A stretch of DNA of 64,000 nucleotides from Alphaproteobacteria bacterium (GTDB lineage Bacteria > Pseudomonadota > Alphaproteobacteria > JAAXGF01), in assembly GCA_963555825.3 (NCBI GenBank), contig CAUVXB020000002.1, positions 3,200,001 to 3,264,000 of the forward strand, written 5' to 3'. How positions within the stretch are numbered: the stretch's first letter is position 1; each line of letters begins with the position of its first letter. Made by a program: the position numbers and the translations under genes. Positions 1 to 12,236 of the stretch are shown here, piece by piece. Under the pieces are notes generated by a model. That model saw only the letters and a program-made list of their open reading frames with translations. It made no database searches and was not told the DNA's origin.

Positions 1-460
1 AAACGTGGCGCGTCGCCCAGTCCATGATCGCTACCAGGTACAGAAAGCCACGCTGGACGGGGATATAGGTGATGTCGGCGCACCAGACCCGATTGGGCTG
101 GTCGATAGCCATCCCTTTGAGAAGATAAGGATAAATCCGGTGCATGGGATGCGGCACGCTGGTTCTCGGCGCCTGATAGATCGCCTCCAGGCCTATCAAT
201 CGCATCAACCTGCGAACCCGGTGACGGCCGACGCAAACGCCGTCCCGCCGCAACTGGCGGACCATCTGGCGGCTGCCGTAGAACGGGTACTTCATGAACA
301 ACTCGTCGATCCGACGCATCAGCGCCAGACTCGAAGGGCTCTCCCCCCTGGGCGCATAATAGAACGAGGACCGGCCGATCGAAAGCAGGCGGCATTGACG
401 GCTCAAGCTCAGCTCGGGGGCGTCGCGTGTGATCATCGCCTTGCGCTCCCCCCGGCTCAT
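1..460 (-). CDS. IS3 transposase OrfB (rve/DDE), partial
   Basis: Manual translation MSRGERKAMI...YPFYGSRQM...VWCADITYIPVQRGFLYLVAIMDW; ATG overlaps the orfA stop. Confidence 0.88.
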   Translation of the reverse strand, partial: MSRGERKAMITRDAPELSLSRQCRLLSIGRSSFYYAPRGESPSSLALMRRIDELFMKYPFYGSRQMVRQLRRDGVCVGRHRVRRLMRLIGLEAIYQAPRTSVPHPMHRIYPYLLKGMAIDQPNRVWCADITYIPVQRGFLYLVAIMDWATRHV

Positions 461-738
461 CGCTTGAGCCCTCTGGCTAAAAAATCCCGTTCCACCGTCA
501 GCTCGCCGATCTTGGCGTGAAGGTCGCGGACCTCGGATTCATGATCCCGGCAAGCGCGGTTGGCGCCGTTCGAAAACACTTCGCCCAGACCGTCCACCGC
601 CTGGCGCTTCCAGGCGCTCACCTGGTTCGGATGCACCTTGTGCTTGGCCGCGATCTGCTGGATCGTCTTGTCGCCCCGCAGCGCTTCCAGCGCCACCCGG
701 GCCTTGAATTCCGCCGTAAACCGGCGTCGATTCGTCAT
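457..738 (-). CDS. IS3 transposase OrfA (HTH)
   Basis: MTNRRRFTAEFKARVALEAL...VHPNQVSAWK...ERDFL is typical IS3 OrfA. Confidence 0.9.
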   Translation of the reverse strand: MTNRRRFTAEFKARVALEALRGDKTIQQIAAKHKVHPNQVSAWKRQAVDGLGEVFSNGANRACRDHESEVRDLHAKIGELTVERDFLARGLKR

Positions 739-805
739 CTCGTATTCCTCCGTTATCCGGTGGAATACACCTTAGCTCCCTGTCCGATTTTCTGGGACCA
801 CCTCA

Positions 806-2198
806 AGGTGAGCACGTATCCGCGCCCGTAATGGGCGAGCGCGGCATTGGGATTGAGCGCCACCGCCACATCCTGCGCGTCGATCGCCGCGTCGTGTTCG
901 CCCAGCATCGTGTATACGCGGCCGAGTACGAAATGGCTGAACGAATCCTTGTCGTCGAGCGTCACCGCCGTCTTCGCCGCCTCGTGCGCCTGGGTCAGCG
1001 TGTCGCCCGGATCCGAGACGAATCCCATCAGCAGCTCGACAAAGAGCGAATAGGCGAGCGCGGCATGGGGTTGCGCGAAGCCCGAGTCGAGCTCGATCGA
1101 GCGGTGGAACATCTCCTGGGCAGTGGCATTCTCTTCCGAGGCGTAATGGTACAGGTGCCAGAGACCGCGCTGGCACCACTCCCAGGCATCCATGTTGTTG
1201 GGCGGCTTGCGCCGCGCGCGCTCGCGCTCGGCGCTCACCAGTTCGGGCTCGATCGCCGTGACGATCGCATGCGTCACCTCGTCCTGGACGGCGAAGATAT
1301 CCTCCAGCTCGCGATCGTAGCGCTCGGCCCAGAGATGCGTGTCATGGGCCGCGTCGATCAGCTGCGCGGTGATGCGCACCCGATTGCCGGCGCGCCGCAC
1401 GCTGCCTTCGACGAGGTAGCGGACACCGAGCCGGCGGGCGATTTCCTTGGCCTCGATCGTCTGCCCCTTGAACGAGAACGACGAGTTGCGCGCGATGACG
1501 AACAGCGAGCGGAAACGCGCCAGCTCGGTGATGATGTCCTCGGTGATGCCGTCGGAGAAGTACTCCTGCTCGGGGTCGCCCGACATGTTGTCGAACGGCA
1601 GCACCGCGATCGACGGCTTGTCGGGCAGCGGCGGCGGCGGCTGACCGATCGGCGTTCCAGCCTCGCCGTCGTTCACGCCGTAGACGCGGACGGGCTTGGC
1701 GATGTTCTTGACGGTCTGCTCGCCGCGGTCGTCGAAGGCGACGTCGAGCTTGCCTTCGACCTGCTCGTAGATGTTCGCCGAGACGCAGACGCCGCCCGGA
1801 TCGGCCAATTCCTGCAAGCGCGCCGCGACATTGACGCCATCGCCGTAGATATCGTCGCCATCGATGATCACGTCGCCCAGGTTGATGCCGATGCGAAACG
1901 CGATGCGCCGGTCCTCGGGCACCTCGGCGTTGCGTTCCGCCATGCCGCGCTGAACCGCGACCGCGCATTCGACCGCGGCGACGGCGCTCGGAAACTCGAC
2001 CAGCGCGCCGTCACCCATGAGCTTGACGATGCGCCCCTGATAGGCGGCGATCTCGGGGTCGACGCACTCGGCGCGGTGGGCCTTCAGCACGGCGAGCGTG
2101 CCGGCCTCGTCGTCGCCCATCAGGCGACTATAGCCGACGACATCCGCGCTCAGGACCGCCGCAAGCCGGCGTTCGACACCCTGCCTTGCCACCCGCAT
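806..2198 (-). pseudogene. Class III adenylate/guanylate cyclase with TolB-like and TPR domains, 3' end interrupted by IS3
   Basis: RRLAAVLSADVVGYSRLM, GDGVNVAARL, PSIAVLPFDNMSGDPEQEYFSDG and TPRs; the frame runs into the IS end at 805. Confidence 0.85.
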
Positions 2199-2291
2199 AC
2201 CCCGTGTTCGTTGTTGGGTGCAGTCTACGGAAGCCGTCCAACCGAGTCTAACGACGTGGCGCCGATGCCGGTTGCCGGTTGCCGGTCTGGC

Positions 2292-3215
2292 TCAGTCGTC
2301 GGATACGAGCGGGCCAGGGGCGTCGATCTCCTCGGATCGGTAACCCTGAATGTACAGCAGCGCGGTCAGGTCGCCGTGGTCGATGCGGGCGTCGGCGCTA
2401 GCCGCGACGACCGGCTTGGCGCGGTAGGCGACGCCGATGCCGGCGGCGGCCAGCATGTCGAGGTCGTTGGCGCCGTCGCCGACCGCGATCGTCTCGCTCG
2501 CGTCGATGCCGAGTTCGCTCGCCAGCGCCTCGAGCCGGGTCCGCTTGGCCTGACGGTCGACGATCGGCGCGATCAGGCGGCCGGCGAGCCGCCCGTCGAT
2601 GATTTCGAGTTGGTTGGCGACGACGCTGTCGAAACCGAGCTCGGTGCGCACCCGGTCGGCGAAAAAGCCGAAGCCGCCCGAGACCAGCGCGGCGTGGGCG
2701 CCACCGGCGACCATGGTCGCAACCAGGGCGCGCGCGCCGGGCTCGACGTCGAGCGCCTGGTAGGCGCGCTCCAGCTCGGCGGTCGTCAGCCCGGCGAGCA
2801 TGGCGACGCGTTCGGCCAACGCGGCGGCGAACTCCAGCTCGCCACGCACCGCGCGGTCGGTGATCGTCACGACCGCCGCGCCGACGCCGGCCATCTCGGC
2901 CAGCTCGTCGACGAACTCGTTGGCGATGACGGTCGATTCCATGTCGGCGACCAGGAGCCTCTTGCGTCGGCCGCGAGAGGGCTGGGCGACGACGTCGACC
3001 GGCGCGCCGGCCAAGCGCTTACCGACCGCGGATTGGGCCTGGGCCGGTTCGCCGCCCTCGAAGGCGATGTCGCAGGCGACGCCGGGCGCCAGCCAGTCGA
3101 CGCGGGCCGCGGGCGCCGCGCCGCACTCGCTCAGCACGGCCTGGGCGGCGGCGATCGTGCTATAGTCGATGGCGCGACCCGAAGGCGCGGCGATCAGCGT
3201 GAGGACGTTCGACAT
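2292..3215 (-). CDS. serB: Phosphoserine phosphatase
   Basis: HAD motifs VADMESTVI, LVSGGF, VGDGANDLDM; start MSNVLTLIA at 3215. Confidence 0.9.
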   Translation of the reverse strand: MSNVLTLIAAPSGRAIDYSTIAAAQAVLSECGAAPAARVDWLAPGVACDIAFEGGEPAQAQSAVGKRLAGAPVDVVAQPSRGRRKRLLVADMESTVIANEFVDELAEMAGVGAAVVTITDRAVRGELEFAAALAERVAMLAGLTTAELERAYQALDVEPGARALVATMVAGGAHAALVSGGFGFFADRVRTELGFDSVVANQLEIIDGRLAGRLIAPIVDRQAKRTRLEALASELGIDASETIAVGDGANDLDMLAAAGIGVAYRAKPVVAASADARIDHGDLTALLYIQGYRSEEIDAPGPLVSDD

Positions 3216-3266
3216 GGCGGCAAGGTATGGAGCCGACGCCGGCTTGGCAAGCCGCCACGGCGCGCC

Positions 3267-4220
3267 GTGAGCGATAGCATCGTCATCCTCGCCGGGCCGA
3301 CCGCGAGCGGCAAGTCGCGCCTCGCCCTCGACATCGCGCGGGCGCACGGCGTCGTCGTCATCAACGCCGACAGCATGCAACTCTACCGCGAGCTGAACAT
3401 CCTGACCGCGCGTCCAGGGCCCGACGAGACCGCCGTCGTCCCGCACCGACTCTACGGCGTGGTGCCGGCTGCCGAAGCATGTTCGGCGGCGCGCTGGCGC
3501 GACATGGCGCTGGCCGAGATCGTCGCCGCGCGCGATGCCGGCAAGCTGCCCATCGTGGTCGGCGGCACCGGGCTCTATCTGCGTGCCTTGACCGACGGAC
3601 TCGCACCGGTGCCCGATATCCCGCCCGATGTGCGCGCCGCGGCGCGCGCTCTGCACGCCCGTCTCGGCGGCGCCGCATTCCACGCCCGCCTCGCCGCGTG
3701 CGACGCGGAAGCGGCGGCACGGCTCGCGCCGGGCGACACCCATCGGCTGATCCGCGCCTGGGAGGTGATCGAGGCGACCGGCGCGTCGCTCGCCGAATGG
3801 CAGCGCCGGCAGACCGGCGACGGCGGGCTCGCCGGCCGGCTCGTGCGTCTCGTGCTGATGCCGCCGCGCGCGGCGCTTTACGAACGCTGTGACACGCGTT
3901 TCGCGGCGATGGTCGAGCGTGGCGTGCTCGACGAGGTGGCGGCGCTCTTGGGCCTCGGGTTGGCGGCCGATCTGCCGGCCATGAAAGCGGTCGGCGTGCC
4001 CGAAATCGCCCGCCACCTCGCCGGCGAGGCCACTCTCGAGACAGCGATTGCTGCGGCGCAACAAGCGACGCGCCGTTACGCCAAGCGCCAGCTTACCTGG
4101 TTTCGCCATCAGATGGTCGCCGACTGGGCCCTGGAGGCGCTCTATCCGGGCGATTCCGACACCGACACCGTGGCGGAGATTGGCCGGTTTCTGGTTGACC
4201 GCCTACCGGCGAGCGACTAG
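3267..4220 (+). CDS. miaA: tRNA dimethylallyltransferase
   Basis: GPTASGKS, INADSMQLY, VGGTGLY, TRRYAKRQLTWFR; divergent from serB. Confidence 0.95.
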   Translation: MSDSIVILAGPTASGKSRLALDIARAHGVVVINADSMQLYRELNILTARPGPDETAVVPHRLYGVVPAAEACSAARWRDMALAEIVAARDAGKLPIVVGGTGLYLRALTDGLAPVPDIPPDVRAAARALHARLGGAAFHARLAACDAEAAARLAPGDTHRLIRAWEVIEATGASLAEWQRRQTGDGGLAGRLVRLVLMPPRAALYERCDTRFAAMVERGVLDEVAALLGLGLAADLPAMKAVGVPEIARHLAGEATLETAIAAAQQATRRYAKRQLTWFRHQMVADWALEALYPGDSDTDTVAEIGRFLVDRLPASD

Positions 4221-4345
4221 GTTTCTTGCCTTCTGGCGACGCCTTGGCGGGCGTCGATGGGGGTGCATGCCCTTAATTTTGTATGTGCGTGCGAGCACGA
4301 TTTTTGTGTGCGGCGCAACATGCGGCGCGAGCGGAGGATGAAACG

Positions 4346-6106
4346 GTGGCCAACGGCGAAATGACCGGCGCGGAAATGGTGATCAAGGCTCTGGTGGACC
4401 AGGGCGTTGACGTCGTATTCGGGTATCCCGGCGGCGCCGTGCTGCCGATCTACGACGCGCTGTTCCAGCAGAACAGCCTGCGTCACATCCTGGTGCGTCA
4501 CGAGCCGGCGGCCGTGCACGCCGCCGAGGGCTACGCGCGCTCGACCGGCAAGGTCGGCGTCGTGCTGGTCACCTCGGGCCCGGGCGCGACCAACTGCGTC
4601 ACCGGGCTGACCGACGCGCTGATGGACAGCATCCCCGTGGTCTGCCTGACCGGCCAGGTGCCGACCCATCTGATCGGCAACGACGCCTTTCAGGAGGCCG
4701 ACACGGTCGGCATCACGCGGCCCTGTACCAAGCACAACTATTTGGTCAAGCGTACCGAAGATCTGTCGCGCATCATCCACGAGGCGTTCTACGTCGCCAA
4801 GACCGGCCGCCCCGGCCCCGTGGTCGTCGACATCCCTAAGGACATCGTCATCAACGAAGGAACCTACAAGAACCACGCCGGCGCGGTGCACCGGTCGTAC
4901 CAGCCGACGGTCAAGGGCGACCCGACGCATATCCAACAGGCGGTCGAGCTGCTGGCGAGCGCCAAGAGGCCGATCATCTATGCCGGTGGTGGGGTCATCA
5001 ACTCGGGGCCCGCGGCGTCGCAGTTGTTGATCAACTTCGCGAAGATGACCGGCTATCCGGTGACCCTGACGGTCATGGGCCTGGGCGCCTATCCGGCGTC
5101 CGATCCGCAGTTCCTCGGCATGCTCGGCATGCACGGCACCTACGAGGCCAACATGGCGATGTCCGAGTGCGACGTCATGCTCGCCATCGGCTCGCGCTTC
5201 GACGACCGCATCACCGGACGCCTCGACGCCTTCTCGCAGGGCTCGAAGAAGATCCACGTCGACATCGACCCGTCGTCGATCAACAAGAACGTCCACGTCG
5301 ACGTGCCGATCGTCGGCGATGTCGGTTATGTGCTCGAGGACATGACCAAGTTCTGGAAGAGCAAGCTGCGCCGGCCCGACGCCAGCGCGATCGAGGCGTG
5401 GTGGGTGCAGATCGAAAAGTGGCGCAAGAAGAAGAGCCTTGCCTACAAGAACTCGAAGAAGCTGATCAAGCCGCAATACGCGCTCGAGAGGCTCTACGAG
5501 CACATCAAGGAGCGCGACGTCTACATCACCACCGAGGTCGGCCAGCACCAGATGTGGGCGGCGCAGTTTCTCAAGTTCGAAAAGCCCAACCACTGGATGA
5601 CCTCGGGCGGGCTGGGCACCATGGGGTACGGCCTGCCCGCCGCGATGGGCGTGCAGATCGCCCACCCCGACGCGCTGGTCATCGACGTCGCCGGCGAGGC
5701 ATCGATCCTGATGAACATCCAGGAGATGTCGACCCTGGCCCAGTACCGGTTGCCGGTGAAGGTGTTCATCATGAACAACCAGTACATGGGCATGGTGCGC
5801 CAGTGGCAGGAGTTCTTCCACGGTGGCCGCTATTCGGAAACCTACATGGATTCGCTGCCCGATTTCGTGAAGCTCGCCGAATCGTTCGGCGCCAAGGGCC
5901 TGCGCGCGACCAAGCCGGAAGAAGTCGACGACGTCATCGCAGAAATGATCGAGACCGACTCGGCGGTCATCGTCGATATGGTCGTCGACCCCGACGAGAA
6001 CGTCTATCCGATGATCCCGGCGGGCGCCGCGCATTACGAAATGAAGCTGGGAGCAGGCGACGCCGTCGACGGCCAGCCCACGGAAGACGGCATGGTGCTG
6101 GTTTAG
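4346..6106 (+). CDS. ilvI: Acetolactate synthase large subunit (biosynthetic)
   Basis: FGYPGGAVLPIYD, RHE, TSGPGATN, GQHQMWAAQ, SGGLGTMGYG; start approximate (GTG 4346 or ATG 4361). Confidence 0.95.
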   Translation: MANGEMTGAEMVIKALVDQGVDVVFGYPGGAVLPIYDALFQQNSLRHILVRHEPAAVHAAEGYARSTGKVGVVLVTSGPGATNCVTGLTDALMDSIPVVCLTGQVPTHLIGNDAFQEADTVGITRPCTKHNYLVKRTEDLSRIIHEAFYVAKTGRPGPVVVDIPKDIVINEGTYKNHAGAVHRSYQPTVKGDPTHIQQAVELLASAKRPIIYAGGGVINSGPAASQLLINFAKMTGYPVTLTVMGLGAYPASDPQFLGMLGMHGTYEANMAMSECDVMLAIGSRFDDRITGRLDAFSQGSKKIHVDIDPSSINKNVHVDVPIVGDVGYVLEDMTKFWKSKLRRPDASAIEAWWVQIEKWRKKKSLAYKNSKKLIKPQYALERLYEHIKERDVYITTEVGQHQMWAAQFLKFEKPNHWMTSGGLGTMGYGLPAAMGVQIAHPDALVIDVAGEASILMNIQEMSTLAQYRLPVKVFIMNNQYMGMVRQWQEFFHGGRYSETYMDSLPDFVKLAESFGAKGLRATKPEEVDDVIAEMIETDSAVIVDMVVDPDENVYPMIPAGAAHYEMKLGAGDAVDGQPTEDGMVLV

Positions 6107-6120
6107 CCGCGGAGTTCGTC

Positions 6121-6687
6121 ATGGTGCAAGCAAAGGTCGGTGCCCGGCGCACGAATGGCGTGCGGCCGGCACAGGGGGACGTCGTGGAACTTGAAGTCGA
6201 AAGCCACACGATCGCGGTTGTCGTCGACAACGAGGCGGGTGTTCTCGCCCGCGTCATCGGCCTGTTCTCGGGCCGCGGCTACAACATCGACAGCCTGACT
6301 GTCGCCGAAGTCGATGTCGCCAGTCATCTGTCGCGGATCACCGTCGTCACCTCGGGCACGCCGATGATCATCGAGCAGATCAAGGCGCAGCTCGCCCGCT
6401 TGGTGCCGGTGCACAAGGTGAGCGATCTCACGGTCGAGGGACCCCATGTCGAGCGCGAGCTGGCGCTGATCAAGGTCACCGGCAGCGGCGAGAAGCGCGT
6501 CGAATCGCTGCGTATCGCCGACATATTTCGCGCCCGCGTCGTCGATTCGACGAACGACTCCTTCGTCTTCGAGATGACCGGCGCGCCGTCGAAGATATAC
6601 GCCTTCATCAATCTGATGGTTCCCTTGGGCCTGGTCGACGTCTCGCGTACCGGCGTCGTTGCCATCTCACGCGGCGCCGAGCCGTTC

Positions 6688-6690
<3 letters not shown>
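6121..6690 (+). CDS. ilvH: Acetolactate synthase small (regulatory) subunit
   Basis: ACT domain VDNEAGVLARVIGLFSGRGYNIDSL; directly downstream of ilvI. Confidence 0.95.
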
Positions 6691-8026
<1,336 letters not shown>

Positions 8027-8057
8027 GCTCTCGGAGCCCGGGCCGGCGGCCCCGCCG

Positions 8058-8552
8058 GTGCGTTATCAGCGGGGCTTCGTCCCCGACGACTTCATGGTGC
8101 CGGCGGTGCTCGAGACGGCGCGCGTCCGCTTGCGGCAACTGACCATCGCCGACCTCGACATCGACTTCGAGGCGGTGACGTCGAGCACAGATTACCTGCG
8201 CGCCAAGCTGGGTCCCGAGAACCAGTGGCCCGTCGGCCTGACCCGCGAACGCGACCTCGCCGACCTCGGCTGGCACGAGACCGAGTTCAACAAACGCGCG
8301 TCGTTCTGCTACACCGTCGTCAGCCTCGACGAAAGCGTCTGTCTTGGCTGCGTCTACATCTATCCCAGCCTGGCCGCCGGCTACGACGCGATGTGCTTCC
8401 TCTGGGTACGCGCGAGCGCCGTCGACGAAGGGCTCGACGGACATCTGTTCGACGCCGTACGCGACTGGCTCGCCGAAACCTGGCCATTCCGCAACGTCGC
8501 CTTCCCCGGCCGCACGATCGCTTGGGCCGACTTCAAGTCGGCGATCGAGTAG
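8058..8552 (+). CDS. GNAT/RimJ-like N-acetyltransferase
   Basis: FVPDDF.VP..LET.R.RLR.L, LGCVYIYP, WPF.NVAFPGR. Confidence 0.7.
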   Translation: MRYQRGFVPDDFMVPAVLETARVRLRQLTIADLDIDFEAVTSSTDYLRAKLGPENQWPVGLTRERDLADLGWHETEFNKRASFCYTVVSLDESVCLGCVYIYPSLAAGYDAMCFLWVRASAVDEGLDGHLFDAVRDWLAETWPFRNVAFPGRTIAWADFKSAIE

Positions 8553-8625
8553 GCGAGAGGGCAAGAAGAACCACGCGGCCACATCGAGGTTTGGCGCGGG
8601 GCTCGATTGCCATACAATTCCTACT

Positions 8626-10599
8626 ATGATTGTGCGACGTGTCATGCTCCAGGCCGCGTTCCTGGTCGGTTGCGCCATTCTCGGCGTGTTCGCCGTCCAG
8701 AATGCCGCGGATAATCTCGCGGCGCAGGGCGTGACGATGGGCTTCGGATTTTTCGGTAATGCGGTCGGATTCGACGTCGATTGGACAATCCTCGGATTTG
8801 GCCCTTCGGCGAGCTTCCTGCGCGCATTGGCGGTAGGCTTTACGAACACACTCGTCGTCGCGCTCCTCGGCGGCACGGTCGCGACCGTGCTGGGTGCGGC
8901 AATCGGATTTGGTCAGGCGAGCCGATGGCGGATCGTATCGACAGTCTCGAGCGCCTACACCGAATTCGTCACGAAGGTTCCAGTTTTGGTGCAAATACTG
9001 TTCTTCTATTTCGCTGTGTTTTCGAAATTCCCTAGAGCTAAAGAAAGTGTAAAATTCTTAGATTTTATTACGATAAACAATCGAGGCTTGTATTTTCCGC
9101 GTCCCGCGTTGAGCGTGCAAGAATTGTGGGTGCTGGCCGCGCTGCTCGGGTTCGCCGCCGCGTTGTTGGTGATGCTTGCCCTGCGCCGCGCGCGACGTCG
9201 TCGCCTCGCATCGTCGGTCCAGGCGTCCACGACCGGCGGCCGTTTTGTCGGATCGCTCTTGTTGGCCGGGGCTGTATTCATCATACTCGGCGTGCTGGTC
9301 TGGCTCGGCCTCGCAAATTGGGAATACCCGGTGCTGCGGGGCTTCAACGTCGTCGGCGGCTTCGACATACCGCCTACCATGGCCGCGCTGGTGGTCGGTC
9401 TCTCTACCTACAGCGCGGGCTTCATTGCCACGATAGTGCGGGACGGTAGACGCACAAGGGTCGGCGAAGACCATCCAATCGGCCTTGGACGTGAAGGCAA
9501 GCGCGATTCCGCAACCCCGGCGCTGACGGTGGAATACTTGCGTCTCCTCCGCAATTCATCCCTCGCCGCCGCTCTCGGATATGTCGAATTATTCACGATG
9601 AGTATGGCCATCATCGACAAGACGGGCCAGATGATCGAAATGCTGACCATCGCGGCTGCCATCTATCTGGTGATCGACTCGGTTGGGTCGGGATTTGCGC
9701 GCGCCATCGGCGCCTACCTCGGGGCCACCGAGGCGGTCCCGACGCTGCCGCACCAGGGCCGCGTCGGCGCGAAAACCTGGAAGCCGATGGTAGCTGCCCG
9801 GGTCGTGCTCTGGTCGGCCGTGGGGGCGTACGCCGTCTACGCGCTCGTCGTCCCCTTTATGCAGTGGTCGTTCGTTGAGGCCAATTTTTCGGGGACCGGC
9901 CCCGAAGACTGCTCAGGCGAGGGTGCATGTTGGGTTGTGGTGGCGGCGAACGCCGAACGATTCCTCAGCGGGCTCTGGCAGAATTTGTTCATGGCGTTGG
10001 TGTCGACAGCGGTGGCGGTTCCCGTCGGCATCGAGCTCGCGAGGGCGCGGCGCAGCGGCCTACCGACCTTCGTCTGGGCCGACCGAATTTTCCGCTGGTT
10101 GGTGCTCCGGTTACCACTCGTCTTGGTGATCTTTGCCGTCGTACAGCTTCTGCCGCTGTTGACCAGCGCCGATACATTTGGCCGCAAAACCATGAGCATC
10201 GTCGGCTTGACGCTGTTCGCCGCTGCCTTGATCGCGTATGCCTTCGACACGCGTCCCGCGCGCGACAGTGACGGCGTTTCTCCGGCTCAAGGCCCTGTCT
10301 CTCGCGGTTGGCGCGCGATCGACTGGCGTAATTCGGTTGCCGACGTGCTGGATGTCTTTGTCCGCGTCTTCAAGGCGACGACCCTGGTATCGATCATCGG
10401 CGGCCGCGATCTTTTGCTCGTCATGCTTGGCACGGTAACGAGACCGCAGTGGCGGGGCACGGAGGCGGAGGGGTTCTTCTTCGCCGTGTTGGTGTTCTGG
10501 ATCGTCTGTTTCGGCGTGGGCCGGGTAAGCAATGTTCTGCGCCATTCTGCGGCGGCGCCCCCTAGCGCCGGAACTTCACGTCCCCACCGACGATGGTGA
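8626..10599 (+). CDS. Amino-acid ABC transporter permease, apparent AapQ/AapM-like two-permease fusion, divergent
   Basis: AapQ-like N half (GFGFF, ALAVGFTNTL, NNRGLYFP, NSSLAAALGY.EL); AapM-like C half (CSGEGACW, FKATTLVSIIG, FWIVCFG); start approximate. Confidence 0.65.
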   Translation: MIVRRVMLQAAFLVGCAILGVFAVQNAADNLAAQGVTMGFGFFGNAVGFDVDWTILGFGPSASFLRALAVGFTNTLVVALLGGTVATVLGAAIGFGQASRWRIVSTVSSAYTEFVTKVPVLVQILFFYFAVFSKFPRAKESVKFLDFITINNRGLYFPRPALSVQELWVLAALLGFAAALLVMLALRRARRRRLASSVQASTTGGRFVGSLLLAGAVFIILGVLVWLGLANWEYPVLRGFNVVGGFDIPPTMAALVVGLSTYSAGFIATIVRDGRRTRVGEDHPIGLGREGKRDSATPALTVEYLRLLRNSSLAAALGYVELFTMSMAIIDKTGQMIEMLTIAAAIYLVIDSVGSGFARAIGAYLGATEAVPTLPHQGRVGAKTWKPMVAARVVLWSAVGAYAVYALVVPFMQWSFVEANFSGTGPEDCSGEGACWVVVAANAERFLSGLWQNLFMALVSTAVAVPVGIELARARRSGLPTFVWADRIFRWLVLRLPLVLVIFAVVQLLPLLTSADTFGRKTMSIVGLTLFAAALIAYAFDTRPARDSDGVSPAQGPVSRGWRAIDWRNSVADVLDVFVRVFKATTLVSIIGGRDLLLVMLGTVTRPQWRGTEAEGFFFAVLVFWIVCFGVGRVSNVLRHSAAAPPSAGTSRPHRRW

Positions 10600-12193
10600 G
10601 GTCGGTCTGGGTCTCGCGCAGCTCGTCGGCCGGGATGGTGAAGACGTCGCGGTCGAGTACGGCGATGTCGGCGAGCTTGCCGGCTTCCAGCGAGCCTTTG
10701 AGGTCCTCCTCGCCCCCGACATAGGCGCCGAGCGTGGTGTAGGCGTGCAGCGCCTCGCTGACCGTGATCGCCTGCGAGGGCCCGATCGGGCGCCCCGTGT
10801 CGGTCTTGCGATTGACCATCGACCAGATGGCGCGCCACGGGTTGTGGCTGCACACCGGCGCGTCGGAATGGCCCGGCGACGCCACGCCCTCGTCGATCAG
10901 CGTGCGGTGCGGCCACATGTGCTCCATCGCCGCGGCGCCGCGGTTGTCGATGTAGGCGTCGCCCAGGTCGTGCATGAAGCCGGTCGCCGAGGAATCGATG
11001 ACGCCGAGCTTCTTGAGGCGGGCGCGGATCTCGGGCGTGACGTAGCAGCAGTGCTCGACGCGCATGCGGTGGTCGGCGACCGGGTGCGCGGCGAGCGCCG
11101 CCTCGTAGGCGTCGAGCACGACGTCGATGCCGTGGTCGCCGACGCCGTCCATGCAAACCCGCAAACCGGCCGTGTGCGCCTTGATGGCGAGCGCCTTGAG
11201 CTCGTCGGGGTCGTGCAGCAGCATGCCGTGGTTGGGCACAGGCTCGCCTGGGATCGGCGTGCCGACATAGGGATCGTAGTAGTACGCCGTGCGCCCCGAG
11301 GTCGAGCAGTCAGGGCACCACTCGACGCCGACGACGCGCAGCCACTCGTCGCCGAAGCCGGTGCGGATACCGGCGGCGATGAACGAATCGATCAGGCCGG
11401 GCTCGAATCCGTTGGCTATGATGCCAACGCGGAGATGAAGCTTCCCCGTTTCCCTCATGATCTGATAGGCGCGGATCGACTTCGACGCGGTCAGCGAGTT
11501 GTGCAGCGAGGTGACGCCGTAGGCCAAGTAGGTCTCGAACAGCGGCGGCAAGCCCAGTACGTAGTCCTCGACCGTGTTCTCGGCGCCGATCAGGCCGCGG
11601 AAGCGGTGCGCCGCGGTCTCGCGCATCAGCCCGGTCAGCTCACCGGTGTCGGGGTGCTTGTCGATGCGGCCGAACGGCGGGTCGGGCGTGTCCTTGTCAT
11701 AGCCGACCAGCGCGCAGGCGCGGCTGTTGGCGTAGCCGACGTGGCCGTCGGTGCGCTGGATATAGGTCGGGCGCCCATTGCTCGCCGCATCGAGCGCCGC
11801 GATCGTCGGCACGCCGCCGAGCTTGTTGTCGTCGTAGCGGTAACCGACGAACCACGCGTCCGGGTCGCTCTCGGACGTGTGCGCATCGATCGTCGCCAGC
11901 ACGTCGTCGAGCGATTGCATGCCGGGCCAGCCGAGATCGTGCTGCTTCAACAGCATGATCGCGTGGCTGTCCGGGTGGCAGTGTGAATCGATGATGCCGG
12001 GGATCGCGGTGCGCCCGGCGAGGTCGATGACCTCGGTGTCGGCGCCGGCGAGCGCCGCGATCTCGGCGCTGGTGCCGAGCGCCAGCACGCGGCTGTCGCG
12101 CACCGCGATCGCCTCGGCGAAACGCGCTTGCGCGTTCATCGTCGCCACCTTGCCGTTGACCAGGATGAGGTCGGCGGTAATGCGTTCAGTCAT
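10562..12193 (-). CDS. Amidohydrolase_3 family (YtcJ-like) metal-dependent hydrolase
   Basis: PGIIDSHCH, RMRVEHC, HSDAPV, GSLEAGKLADIAVL. Confidence 0.88.
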   Translation of the reverse strand: MTERITADLILVNGKVATMNAQARFAEAIAVRDSRVLALGTSAEIAALAGADTEVIDLAGRTAIPGIIDSHCHPDSHAIMLLKQHDLGWPGMQSLDDVLATIDAHTSESDPDAWFVGYRYDDNKLGGVPTIAALDAASNGRPTYIQRTDGHVGYANSRACALVGYDKDTPDPPFGRIDKHPDTGELTGLMRETAAHRFRGLIGAENTVEDYVLGLPPLFETYLAYGVTSLHNSLTASKSIRAYQIMRETGKLHLRVGIIANGFEPGLIDSFIAAGIRTGFGDEWLRVVGVEWCPDCSTSGRTAYYYDPYVGTPIPGEPVPNHGMLLHDPDELKALAIKAHTAGLRVCMDGVGDHGIDVVLDAYEAALAAHPVADHRMRVEHCCYVTPEIRARLKKLGVIDSSATGFMHDLGDAYIDNRGAAAMEHMWPHRTLIDEGVASPGHSDAPVCSHNPWRAIWSMVNRKTDTGRPIGPSQAITVSEALHAYTTLGAYVGGEEDLKGSLEAGKLADIAVLDRDVFTIPADELRETQTDLTIVGGDVKFRR

Positions 12194-12236
12194 GATGCTG
12201 CCTTATACCAGGGGTCTTTATCACTGATCCTTGGTA

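Larger units (their letters stand above)
1..805 (-). mobile_element. IS3-family insertion sequence (left part; runs off window start)
   Basis: Minus-strand end TGAGGTGGTCCCAGAAAATCGGACA starts at 805; orfA/orfB layout with a T6 run near the orfA end (479-484). Confidence 0.9.

Noticed and set aside
831-6034. Very long ORFs 831-4220, 2292-4109 and 4217-6034 as large or fused proteins
   Set aside because: GC-rich antisense shadow frames; only the miaA and serB portions carry real motifs
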